A stretch of DNA of 64,000 nt, taken from IMG/VR virus record IMGVR_UViG_3300025138_000016; one strand, given 5' to 3'. The notes beneath the pieces were generated by a model. That model was not told the DNA's origin. It saw nothing but the letters and a program-made list of their open reading frames with translations, and did no database searches. This DNA is from a virus. A program made the position numbers and the translations under genes. Every line of letters starts with the position of its first letter. Within the stretch, counting starts at the first letter, position 1. Of this stretch, positions 7,385-18,000 are shown one piece after another.

Positions 7385-9820
7385 TTATGCAATTCTTAAC
7401 CACAAGGTCTTAGTATTTTCAGTATAATTTGAAGAAACTGTGAGGCCTGAATACTGTTTATTACGAGAACCAGCAAATTGATTGCTATAAGATGAAGCAA
7501 ACTGTGAGCCAGGTGTTGATCTTGTATATTGTCCAGTAAATTGTCCACGAATAAAGTTACCTGTATACTGAGGACCAGGTCTTGATCTAGCAAAGTTTAC
7601 AGTATACTGTACTGACCTTGCATACGTAACACTATAAGCACCAACAAATTGTCTAGCAAATTGACGCTGATAATCCCCTGAGAAAGATCTAGCATAATCA
7701 GCTGTATATACTCTTGTGTATTGAGTGAGGTATGTTGGTCCATTATAGTTAGGACCTACTGTGCTTCTAGTATATTGAGCTCTTGCATATAGACCAGCAT
7801 ACTGAGGTCCAGCAAATTGTCTACCATAAGCACCATAACTTCTAGAGCCTGCGAATGTTCTAGTATAAAATATTCGCGAATATGCCGGAGCATTTCTTGT
7901 TCTTGCATACTGTGCTGTATAGTTTCTTAAATAACTAACTGAATATGCAGGACCATCATATTGTGGACCAGCTACATCTCGAGTAAAGGTACTTATATAC
8001 TGAGGTCCTGCTCTTGATCTTGCATATTGAGGACCATCATATTGTGGTCCTGGAGTTGATCTAGCATAAGCAGGACCATTAAAAGATAGAGAAGGCACAG
8101 ATCTTGTATACTGTGGACCACCTGTAGCTCTAGAAAAGCTTCTAGAGAAGAATCTTGTATATTGTCCTCTTACAAAGTTTACTGGAATAGGCCCACGGTT
8201 ATATGAGCCTCTAAAATATGCTCTTCCATCACCACCATTTGCTTCGCTTTCTGGAACGTTATAATAGTAAACTGTTCTATAAAAGACTTGAGAAAAATCG
8301 AATCCTGGAGCTGTACCTGAATAAAGACCTGTGAACTGATTACCTGTTGAGTAATTTTGATCATATTGCCCTATGTAAGTTCTACCATACTGGCCAGCAT
8401 AAAATCTTTGATAAGCCGCTCTTGTATAGTTTGCTGAGTATACTCTTGTATATTGTCTTTGATATTGCGCTGAATAATTTCTAGCATATTGAACTGAATA
8501 GTTATTAGTATATCGTCTAAGAAATGTCCTAGTATAATTAACAGTATAGTTTGGTCCGTCTGTTGATCTTGCATACTGACCGTAATAAACTAAAAGATAT
8601 GCGACAGCATATGTAATGCCTCTTGAATATGCGCCTGTGAAAGATACTGCATAGTTATCTCCCCTTGCATACTGTCTTTGAAATTGCGAGGAATATGTAC
8701 GAGCATATTGACCTGCATATTGTCTAGTAAATGCTCTTTGAAATTGAGCACTAGCATATTGAGGTCCAGGAGTAGATCTTGCGTATGAGAGGCCTGCAAC
8801 TACTCTTGTATATTGTGGACCATCATAGTTAGTACCAGCTACTCCTCTAGCAAAGTTAGATATATAACCTCTTGCAAAGCTACGTCCATAGCTACCAGCA
8901 TATACTCTTTGGAATTGATCTGCATATTGTCTAGCAAATTGTCCTCTAGAATATTGATCACTAAATATTCTTTGGAATTGTCTAGCAAAGGTATTAGCAT
9001 ATTGTGCTGTATAGTTACCAGTATATTGAGTATTTTCAATATTAGGATTTCTGTCTGTAGCAGCTCCTCTTGCAACCCATGTACCTACACCAGGAATAGA
9101 AGTTTGAAATTTATATGTGCCGACGCCTGTTGCTACTATTCTATTTCTTAATCTAGCTACTAATGTCTGTATTTCTGTATCAGACATTTCTTGTAAGTTG
9201 GTAGTAGATTGTTTAAGTAGTTTAACTTGAGTAGGACTACTAGTATGAGATGTTTTTCTCCATAGCTTATAAGTAACTTTTTGATCTTCATCATTTGCGT
9301 TGTTAGTAACTTCATCAAAGAATTGATCTTGAGCTACCCAAGTACCACCAATGCTAGGTGCATTAACACTAACGTAATAAGATCCTGCAGCTGCATATGT
9401 TGAATTAGCTTTAGCTATATCATCTAAGCAAAGTTGCATTATAGTAGTGTTTAATTGAGTAGATGTTTGTTGTGCAACATGACCAGGATTAGATGTACCA
9501 CCATGTGTAGCAGGTGTAATCATACTAGCTTCTGATAAAGAAGAAACGTTTTGTTTAAATATATAAGTAGTAGCACCAGCTGATCCTGAATAAGGATGCG
9601 ATAAGAGTTCACCAGTTGCAAAATTATCTACAAATGTACCAACACTAGTACCTGTTGAATTGATATTTAAATCTCCAACATGATCACCAGAGCCTGACTC
9701 TGTAGCGTACTTAGTGTTTATTAATTTAACGGAATAGTCAAGCTCAGCATTTGTTGTGACTTGGACTCCATTATTATAAACCCCATTTGCATGTGTTCGC
9801 AACTTAAGGGGATTGCTCAT
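7385..9820 (-). CDS. 811-aa paralog of the repeat fibre protein
   Basis: Shares RLRNRIVATGVGTYK, YKLWRK, central NGGDG and C-terminal LWLRxA with 3491-7324. Confidence 0.85.
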   Translation of the reverse strand: MSNPLKLRTHANGVYNNGVQVTTNAELDYSVKLINTKYATESGSGDHVGDLNINSTGTSVGTFVDNFATGELLSHPYSGSAGATTYIFKQNVSSLSEASMITPATHGGTSNPGHVAQQTSTQLNTTIMQLCLDDIAKANSTYAAAGSYYVSVNAPSIGGTWVAQDQFFDEVTNNANDEDQKVTYKLWRKTSHTSSPTQVKLLKQSTTNLQEMSDTEIQTLVARLRNRIVATGVGTYKFQTSIPGVGTWVARGAATDRNPNIENTQYTGNYTAQYANTFARQFQRIFSDQYSRGQFARQYADQFQRVYAGSYGRSFARGYISNFARGVAGTNYDGPQYTRVVAGLSYARSTPGPQYASAQFQRAFTRQYAGQYARTYSSQFQRQYARGDNYAVSFTGAYSRGITYAVAYLLVYYGQYARSTDGPNYTVNYTRTFLRRYTNNYSVQYARNYSAQYQRQYTRVYSANYTRAAYQRFYAGQYGRTYIGQYDQNYSTGNQFTGLYSGTAPGFDFSQVFYRTVYYYNVPESEANGGDGRAYFRGSYNRGPIPVNFVRGQYTRFFSRSFSRATGGPQYTRSVPSLSFNGPAYARSTPGPQYDGPQYARSRAGPQYISTFTRDVAGPQYDGPAYSVSYLRNYTAQYARTRNAPAYSRIFYTRTFAGSRSYGAYGRQFAGPQYAGLYARAQYTRSTVGPNYNGPTYLTQYTRVYTADYARSFSGDYQRQFARQFVGAYSVTYARSVQYTVNFARSRPGPQYTGNFIRGQFTGQYTRSTPGSQFASSYSNQFAGSRNKQYSGLTVSSNYTENTKTLWLRIA

Positions 9821-9830
9821 ATTTTATCCC

Positions 9831-12776
9831 CTAGGCCGGCCAGGCCACATCACCATTAGCGTAATATACTCTGAATGCGTTTCCGCCTTCATCTTTAATA
9901 TCACTATGTATTGATAAGTCTCCTACTACGTTAGCTGCTGCTTGTAAGTTTGTTGCGCTTGTTACTTTTAATGTACCTGTTTCTGTTTCACCAGTAACAC
10001 TTACGTTAGCACCAGCAGTAATATTATTATCTACTTGTGCTGTAGAAGATACATTTATAAAGCCAGTAATAGTTGTATTACCAGTACCTAAAGTTTTACC
10101 TACAGATACGTGCTGTGTAGTAGATATATTACCACTAAAAGTACCTGTGTTAGCAGTTAATTTAAATCTCTTAGTTGTATCACCAAGTACCGCACCTGAT
10201 GTATTAGATGCAGGTTTAACACCTGAAGACGTTGATATAATGCCAGTAGTATTAATTGTATTAGCATTCAATACCCATCTATTATTTACATCACCTAATG
10301 AAACTGTATTGCCATTAGGAATAAATCCTACTGTTGAGTTACCAACAGGTGCAAGTACAAATAAATGCTCTGTACCTGAGTTATCACCAATAGTAGTATT
10401 ACCATCTAATGTTGTCTCTGCTGATACAGATAGTGTAGTCATTGTGGCTACATTTAATGATAGCGCGTTATCACTTGCAAGTGATGTTGTACCTTGTACT
10501 GTGAAATTACCAGCAACAGTAACATTATTACTGAATGCTGTATTTGGTGCAACGTCCATACCAGTATCAGTGATGTATAATTCACCGCTTACTAGATTAG
10601 CTGTTGCGCCTGTATGAATTATAGGTGAGGTTAAAGTACCATGCGCTAATGAGCCTGTTATAGACGTATCGCCGCCAACATTTAATTTCTGACCTATTTG
10701 TACTGACTTAGCTATACCAACACCACCTGAAGTAGTTATTGATCCAGTTGTAGTACTAGTACTATTAGCAGTGTTATCTACATCTATTTTACCATCAACA
10801 CCTAAGTGACTTGATACGTTAGCTGTTCCAGTAATCTCTACATCGCCAGTAATTGTAGCACCAGATGCTGAGACTGTTAAACCGTCTGCTACTGTTAATG
10901 AATCACCTAATACGACGTTACCTGATACATTAGCAAGACCAGTTATATCTGCTCCACCATTAAGATCAGATAATCCTGAAACCTCTAGTCCGCTTGATAG
11001 AGTAGCTTTACCTGTAACACCAAGAGTACTACCAACAGTAGCTGATGTTCCTATACCAGCTCCGCCGACTGTAGTTAAACTAGCGGCTGCGATAGCACCG
11101 TCTGCAGCTATAGCCCCTGAATCAGATATTACAGCATTTACTGTACTATTACCAATAGTTATTTTTGAATGTGTTATTGCGACATTACCAGCTGTAATAT
11201 TATCTTGAGCTGTTATTGCGCCTTGTACGTTTAATGTACTATTTAAATCTGTTGCACCATTAGCCTGTAAAGTACCTGTTACATTTGCACTTGCTGCTTT
11301 TACATTACCAGCAAATACTGCAGCATTAGCTGTAGTTGTTCCGTCTATTGAAACTGTATTACTTAATGTAGTTGATCCAAGCACTGATAGAGTACCATCA
11401 GTATCAACGGCTGTTTTTGTTATGGCTGTATTAACAGTTGAATTACCAACTGTTATTTTTGAAGTTGAGAGGTTAACATTAGCGCCAACATTCATTTGCG
11501 TTGTTGCGTTTGCTATACCTGTTGTTATTAGACCTGATTTAGCTCTTAATAATCCACCAACGTTAGCTGCACCTGATAATAAAGTAGTTGTACCTACTGA
11601 TAGATTATCAGTTATAGTAACTGTATCACCAGCTGTTACATTACCTGTTAGTGTTGTTAAACCTGATGCATTTATATCAGCTGCTTTTAATCCCCATCTA
11701 GCATCATTTAATCCTAATGTCTGTGTATTAGCTTCTGGATTAATATTTGAAGATACTTCAGCTATAAAGTTAACTGAATCTGAGTTAGCATTACCTAAAT
11801 CAACATCTGCATTAAGAGTTGTTTTGCCTGCAATAGTAAGAGTACTACTACCACCTATTGCTCCTGTCACATCGGCTTTACCGCCTATTGACGTATTCCC
11901 TGTAACTGCTAGAGTATTTGATACACTCACAGTATTACTATTAAGGTTCCATCTAGCGTCTGTTAGACCAAGGGACAATGCGTTAGAAACGGGGTTTAAG
12001 CTTGAATCAGACTCTGAATTAAACGTTACTGTATCACTATTAGCTGAACCAAGTACTACGTTTGCATTAAACTGTGACTCATCTGAATCAACAGTTACTA
12101 AGTTACCAGCCAATGTTACAGAGGTTGATGTACCATCTCCATTTATATCAATAGCAGATAAAGTTGAATTAGACTTAAGCGTTATATCGTTAGCAGTAAG
12201 AGTAGTATTATCATAATCAGCTGTTAATGTTGTACCATCCATATCAACTGTTGTAGAGTTAATATCTAATGTTGTACCAGTAACATGAACTGCTGTTGAA
12301 TTTATTGAAGTATTAGTTGATGATGAATTAATATGTACATTAGAACTAACTTGTAGCAAAGTACCATTAGCAAATACGTTTGCTGTTTCTAGATCAACGA
12401 ATGATCCTTTAATGGTAACAGAATTAACAGTAGCATTAGAGCTAACATTAACAGTACCGTTTGATAGATTACTGTTTGATGTAACGTAGAGAGTGTTTGA
12501 TACTTGTACATTACCACCTCTTACATCATTAAATACAGCAATTGTATTAGATTGTAATATACCGCCTGTGCTATTAACCCAAGCTTCAGTATCTTGATTG
12601 TAAACGTTTGATGTTATTACAACGTTACCAGATGTAGAACCACCAACAGTATTTTGCTGAGCAGTAACAACTGTCTCAGATAAATCAAATAGTATCTGAT
12701 TGGTTTTGTCTACCCAAGCACCAAAGGTGTCTGTTTGCGTTGCAATATTAGCGGATTTATATTTTCTTTCAGCCAT
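9831..12776 (-). CDS. Long tail fibre-like protein
   Basis: TDTFGAWVDKTNQI N-terminus; long Ser/Thr/Asn/Gly/Val beta-rich repeats; repeated LGxxDARW motifs. Confidence 0.75.
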   Translation of the reverse strand: MAERKYKSANIATQTDTFGAWVDKTNQILFDLSETVVTAQQNTVGGSTSGNVVITSNVYNQDTEAWVNSTGGILQSNTIAVFNDVRGGNVQVSNTLYVTSNSNLSNGTVNVSSNATVNSVTIKGSFVDLETANVFANGTLLQVSSNVHINSSSTNTSINSTAVHVTGTTLDINSTTVDMDGTTLTADYDNTTLTANDITLKSNSTLSAIDINGDGTSTSVTLAGNLVTVDSDESQFNANVVLGSANSDTVTFNSESDSSLNPVSNALSLGLTDARWNLNSNTVSVSNTLAVTGNTSIGGKADVTGAIGGSSTLTIAGKTTLNADVDLGNANSDSVNFIAEVSSNINPEANTQTLGLNDARWGLKAADINASGLTTLTGNVTAGDTVTITDNLSVGTTTLLSGAANVGGLLRAKSGLITTGIANATTQMNVGANVNLSTSKITVGNSTVNTAITKTAVDTDGTLSVLGSTTLSNTVSIDGTTTANAAVFAGNVKAASANVTGTLQANGATDLNSTLNVQGAITAQDNITAGNVAITHSKITIGNSTVNAVISDSGAIAADGAIAAASLTTVGGAGIGTSATVGSTLGVTGKATLSSGLEVSGLSDLNGGADITGLANVSGNVVLGDSLTVADGLTVSASGATITGDVEITGTANVSSHLGVDGKIDVDNTANSTSTTTGSITTSGGVGIAKSVQIGQKLNVGGDTSITGSLAHGTLTSPIIHTGATANLVSGELYITDTGMDVAPNTAFSNNVTVAGNFTVQGTTSLASDNALSLNVATMTTLSVSAETTLDGNTTIGDNSGTEHLFVLAPVGNSTVGFIPNGNTVSLGDVNNRWVLNANTINTTGIISTSSGVKPASNTSGAVLGDTTKRFKLTANTGTFSGNISTTQHVSVGKTLGTGNTTITGFINVSSTAQVDNNITAGANVSVTGETETGTLKVTSATNLQAAANVVGDLSIHSDIKDEGGNAFRVYYANGDVAWPA

Positions 12777-13024
12777 TACCTTGTCCTAGAAGCTAGCTGA
12801 ACAAGCACATCTTGTATATCGTGTAACGTTTTCGTCTGTGCTTTTACTTGCGATTTCATCTCTGCGATTTCATTCTCAAGTATATCAACTTTTTGCATTT
12901 TTATTTGTTGTTTTCTTTTTCGTGCCTTGTGTGCATCTAATGCAGTCTTATTAGTATTTATGATAGCCCCTGAGGTCGTCTCTTTAAATAAGAATGGAAC
13001 ATTAGTTTTAATTATATCTGCCAT
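12776..13024 (-). CDS. Small coiled-coil hypothetical protein
   Basis: SGAIINTN motif plus heptad-like C-terminus; position typical downstream of DUF4815 genes in T4-like phages. Confidence 0.65.
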   Translation of the reverse strand: MADIIKTNVPFLFKETTSGAIINTNKTALDAHKARKRKQQIKMQKVDILENEIAEMKSQVKAQTKTLHDIQDVLVQLASRTR

Positions 13025-13025
13025 A

Positions 13026-15068
13026 TTATGCGCTCAATGCAATAGCTCTTATATCAGCTATTTTTGGTACCTTATATTGTTTGTCTGATCTGAAGAGTAC
13101 TTTAACTTGGAATAGTCCAAAGTTTTCATACTCTCTTCCAGTTGAATCAAAGTATCTTAACTTAAATGATCCGTCTGATTGTGGGTATAGGAAAGCAGCT
13201 TGCTTTTCGTCAGCGTTTACTTTATAATGTAATGTACTAGTAAATGCTTTATCTGCTGCAGATGTAAATACGACCGCAGTAGTATTAGATGATTCTACTC
13301 TTCCAAGTACATAGTTATCAGGTATACCATCAGTAATGATCATTAGATCACCAGCTGCATAGTTAGTGTTATTAGCACCTGAGCCTGATATAGTAGTACT
13401 ACCAACTGAGCATGTAGCAACACCAGATTGTCTATTTGTATTTTCAATAGTAGGTATTGCTGGTACAGTATATTTAAATTCTTTAAAGTCATTAGCTGCA
13501 TCTGAAGCACTAAATAGTTCAGTCTGACCTTCAGCTAAGTTAAGTTTAGTCCACTGTCTATCAATCATCTTATCATCATCACCTGGTGATGTGAACATAG
13601 CATATACATCAAGACTAGTACCTGCTGGTCTATATCCTGTTACATATGTATTAAGATCTTCAGCTTCCATACCGGATGCTAATGTAACTGTTTTAGATAC
13701 ATACTTACTTGTTGTTAAACCTTGACCATATATTCTTTCGTTTGTATCTATGTTATTAATTGATGTAGCATACGCTTCAATCATTGACATACCTTCTTTG
13801 GTATCTAATGTTGGTGAAACGTTATCATTTGTTGTCTTTAATTTAGTAGTTACTACTAGAGACTTATTACCTGAATTATCTCTTACTTCATTTGATTTAC
13901 TAAATACTGCTGAGTTAAATGAAGTGTTTCTATTAGTAACACCATATATTAATGGTCTAGTTTCATTAGTAGCAGGTGTAGTTGAATCAATTGTTTTTAT
14001 TGTTGAAAATAAAGTAGTGCCTGTTGTTTCTGTTTTATATAAATGAGGCTGGTAATGATTAACAATTGAATTATCAATTGAAGCAATATCAAATGATGCT
14101 GCTGATTCAGTACATTTAATAGTATCACCGTTAGCAAATAAATTACTTCCTGATGCTGATGACTCTTTAATTGTGACTTTATTACCTACAACTGTATCAT
14201 ATTTACCAATAATACCAGTTGGAGTTTTAGCTGCGTTAGCTGATGCAATACCTATTCTTGCTCCACCGACTATTGTCATCGATGTATCTGATGCTATACT
14301 TTTAACAGTAACAACATCACTAATATCATTATTAGAAGATGATCTAATTACAATACTATCTCCTGATGAGAATGATGAAGTAAACGTTGTAGATACTCCA
14401 GTCACTGAACTGCTACCTTTCGTACATGTAACAGTACCAGCTGCAAAAGCTGATGGCACTTTATATACTTCTTCTGCTAATTGAATAGTACCTGAAAGAT
14501 TCTCAATAGTAAGGAATTCTAAGTCTTCATTTACCTGAACGATTTCACCTTGCACTGTAGGTTTGAATGTTGCTTTATTTAATCTAAACTTAAGATCAGA
14601 ATCAACTATAGGACTCCAAGCACTTGATGCTGATATAAACAATGTACCATCACCCCAGCTTGAGGATATAGGAGCTCCTGTGACGATGTCATCTTCTCCA
14701 GTTTTAAGATACCATAATTTAATATCTGGTGAACCACCATCTGGACTTACTGATAAAGCATACTGCTTACCTGACTTAAGAAAAGCAGGTATATCAAAGA
14801 TACATCTTGTTGGTATAAGACCATTATTTGATATCTTAATATTCTTTGCTAGTAAGTGAGTAGTAGCTAAGACTGTTCTAGTTGGTGTACCGTTTAAACA
14901 TTCTCTTATCTGTACTGTTATACCTGATGTTGTATCTTTAGCTTGAAAGAACAAATCACATGAGGTCAAATATAATCCATCTGCATCAGCACAATGCTCA
15001 GGCAATATCCTAAACGTCTGTGCGATCGGATTATCGCTTAATCTACTTTCTTTATACCATTGACTCAT
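13026..15068 (-). CDS. Virion structural protein, C-terminal half of a DUF4815/VrlC-like protein
   Basis: NPIAQTF, LTSCDLFF, SKYVSKTVTL and terminal PKIADIRAIAL motifs. Confidence 0.7.
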   Translation of the reverse strand: MSQWYKESRLSDNPIAQTFRILPEHCADADGLYLTSCDLFFQAKDTTSGITVQIRECLNGTPTRTVLATTHLLAKNIKISNNGLIPTRCIFDIPAFLKSGKQYALSVSPDGGSPDIKLWYLKTGEDDIVTGAPISSSWGDGTLFISASSAWSPIVDSDLKFRLNKATFKPTVQGEIVQVNEDLEFLTIENLSGTIQLAEEVYKVPSAFAAGTVTCTKGSSSVTGVSTTFTSSFSSGDSIVIRSSSNNDISDVVTVKSIASDTSMTIVGGARIGIASANAAKTPTGIIGKYDTVVGNKVTIKESSASGSNLFANGDTIKCTESAASFDIASIDNSIVNHYQPHLYKTETTGTTLFSTIKTIDSTTPATNETRPLIYGVTNRNTSFNSAVFSKSNEVRDNSGNKSLVVTTKLKTTNDNVSPTLDTKEGMSMIEAYATSINNIDTNERIYGQGLTTSKYVSKTVTLASGMEAEDLNTYVTGYRPAGTSLDVYAMFTSPGDDDKMIDRQWTKLNLAEGQTELFSASDAANDFKEFKYTVPAIPTIENTNRQSGVATCSVGSTTISGSGANNTNYAAGDLMIITDGIPDNYVLGRVESSNTTAVVFTSAADKAFTSTLHYKVNADEKQAAFLYPQSDGSFKLRYFDSTGREYENFGLFQVKVLFRSDKQYKVPKIADIRAIALSA

Positions 15069-15073
15069 ATTTG

Positions 15074-18000
15074 TTACCTTGTCTCATACATAGAGTATAT
15101 TTCATCTATGTTTATTATTCCACCGCTTGAGCCTGTTATAGCTGTATTTGCTTTAGAACCTGTTCCTGTTGTAGAAGTTACATACGTATTATTAACGATT
15201 GTTACACCTGTATTAACTGAATATGGATTAAATTGTACGGTACTTGTATCTTGAGTATTACCAACTGTATCCATTGCAATGGAATTACCATAGTACTCAT
15301 CATCCCACCACCAGTTCCAAGCATATGTATTAGTTACTGTTACATCAGTATCAATATCAATAGTCTCTTCTGTATAGGTATTAGATCCAATAGTCTCAAA
15401 CTCAAATGTAGGTTGTCTTGTTGTTAATGAGACGCCTTCTTTATTAACTGAATAGTTATAAGCACTATATGTTGCAGTAGCTGTTGAAGTAGCTGAATCC
15501 ATTCCAGCAATTGTAGTTGCATCAGCTAATACTAATTGTCTATCACCAACATTAAATATACCTGCTGTTAATCTAAACTGAGCACTTAATACACCATAAC
15601 TATCTGATAATACTGGGTCACCATAGTCACCAAGTTTATGTACATGCTTAGCACTATTTAATAATGTTGTTGAACCATCAGTTAATGTTGCTAATGTACC
15701 TGGACGGAAATTAGCTGCTTGAGATGTATTATCAAAGAATAAATAATGTCTTGTATTAGGTCTTAACCCAGTAACAAGTATTTTAATTAACTTAGCTCTC
15801 ATAAATGGTGAGAATGTTACATCAGTAATAAAGTCACCAACTGCGGTTGTATTATCTTCATAACCCATAGCTAGTTGCTGAGTAGTTTTAAGATAAGTAT
15901 CTGTTGTAGTAGTTGTAGTTGTTGTTACAGCTGTTTCAGTAGTATGCCCATAAGGCCAGCCCCAACCACCCCAGTAGTTATTATGACCGTAATGACCACC
16001 ATAACCATAATAGCCTTCATGACCGACGTGATCGTATCCACCCCATCCATCCCATCCCCAGTAACCGTAGTTCTTAAAGTTGGTGTCAGTAGTTGTATTA
16101 ACGTCTACTGTATTAGCTGATGAAGTACCAATATGATCAATACTAGTTTTAGTCATTGGTAAGATATCATTAATATTATCTAATAGATCTTTAACGCCTG
16201 TAGATGTATCAATAAAGATATCTTTAGTTGGTGTTGTTGTCTCGTCATACCCTGCATCATAATTAGGTGTTAATTTAACTTTACCAACATACTTGTAAAA
16301 TACTGATGTGCATGGTCTAAAGTTAGAACATACATCTTGATTAATAAATGATGATTCAGTAGCATTTAATATCATTAAACCATCTAGGTCAGTCATATTA
16401 GTTGAGCTTTGTAACTTAAGATCAATCATTTCTTTTTTAAACTTAGGATGATATTCAGTTGATGTCTCATCAATAGCGATATTAAATTCTCTATTTCTTG
16501 TATCAGCTGAATTGAAATCAGTAGCTGGATCAACAAAGATACCATTCTTAAATCTATCATTACCATTCTCGTCTGTAATGGCCATGTTTTGTGTCTTTTG
16601 CTCTAATTGAGATAGTGTAGTATAATACTCAAGATTTTTTAATCTCTTATCCATCTTAGATATATCTTTCATTGTATATCGTTTAGTATTAGATGGCTGT
16701 ATTACAACTGACTCATTAGTTCTCAATTTAGCTCTCGCTTCCTTAGAAGTAAGAGATGGGAATGGTGGAACAATTATTGTACCAAGTACTAATGCCCCTG
16801 GTGGGTCTTGAGGTGGTACAGGAGATGAAGCAGGTGCACCACGTTTAGTTACTATGTAACCTTTCTCTGTGATAGCAAGCTTATCTATTCTTCCCATGTA
16901 ATATTGTATATCAGTTTCAAACTGTTTATCAGGTGCAGCTAAGAAATGATCAATACTACCAAATGTTTCAGTAACACTTGGATTGACTGTCGCAGCTCCA
17001 ATAGAGACTGCATATGCACCTGTATTAGCTACTTGTGGTCTTGAATCAAGTGTATCTCTTAAATCTGCTTTAAAGCCTGAGTCTGAAACATAAACTGGAA
17101 TATCTTCTGGATCTAATAATGATACACCATCACTCTTATAGTAACTTGATGCAGTATAGAATCCTGCTCCAGATGCTGGATCAGCAGCTTGGAACACCTT
17201 ACATTTAACTAAGATTTTATTTGAACCAGTTAATGACTGAGATGACTTTTTAGTTAACTGAGATAAGCCGTAGAAGTTATCTCTACTATTTTTCTCTAAT
17301 ACAAATCCTATTTTAGATTCTGAATTAGACTCTGAATATGTTGAACCAATAAAGATTCCTGTAATAGAATCAACATCAGGCATTCCTAATGACCAAGGCC
17401 CTGCTGTAGTTCCAGCGTTATTAGAACAATCTATCTTAACATAGACTTCTTTTAATGTCTTCTTAAGAGGAGTAACATTAGTTTTCTTCTCATTAAATGT
17501 AACATTAAATGCTTTAGAAGTAGTAATACCACTTGCTAATGCAGCTGTTAAGTCAACAGTAGCAGTTGTACCTGAAACAGTAATTGATGCTTTATCAGTA
17601 TCAATAGCTACGTTATTAGCTATACCGCCTGCTGTTGTAGTAGGTCTAATAATAAATTCTTTCTTTTGTACATTTGTTAATGCACCTGAGTAAGGAAACA
17701 CTCCTGATAGAGTAGTTATTGTAACTGTATTACTTGATGTAGTTACTTGTCTCTCACTTCTGTATGTGTAGTCAGAACCTGATGTAGCTTTAATCGCTCT
17801 TGCAGGTAATGGCCATAAATTTGTATTGATTTGCGGCTCGTGTAATATAGCTCTGCTATTAATTAATACAGCATCAGCTGTACCAGCAGCATTAATATGT
17901 AATGCTTTAATGTTTCTTATTGCTTTACCAGCATTCATTTTAACATCAAATACATATACTTTATATTGCGCTTTAGCAGTTCCTTGAACACCGCTATGAT

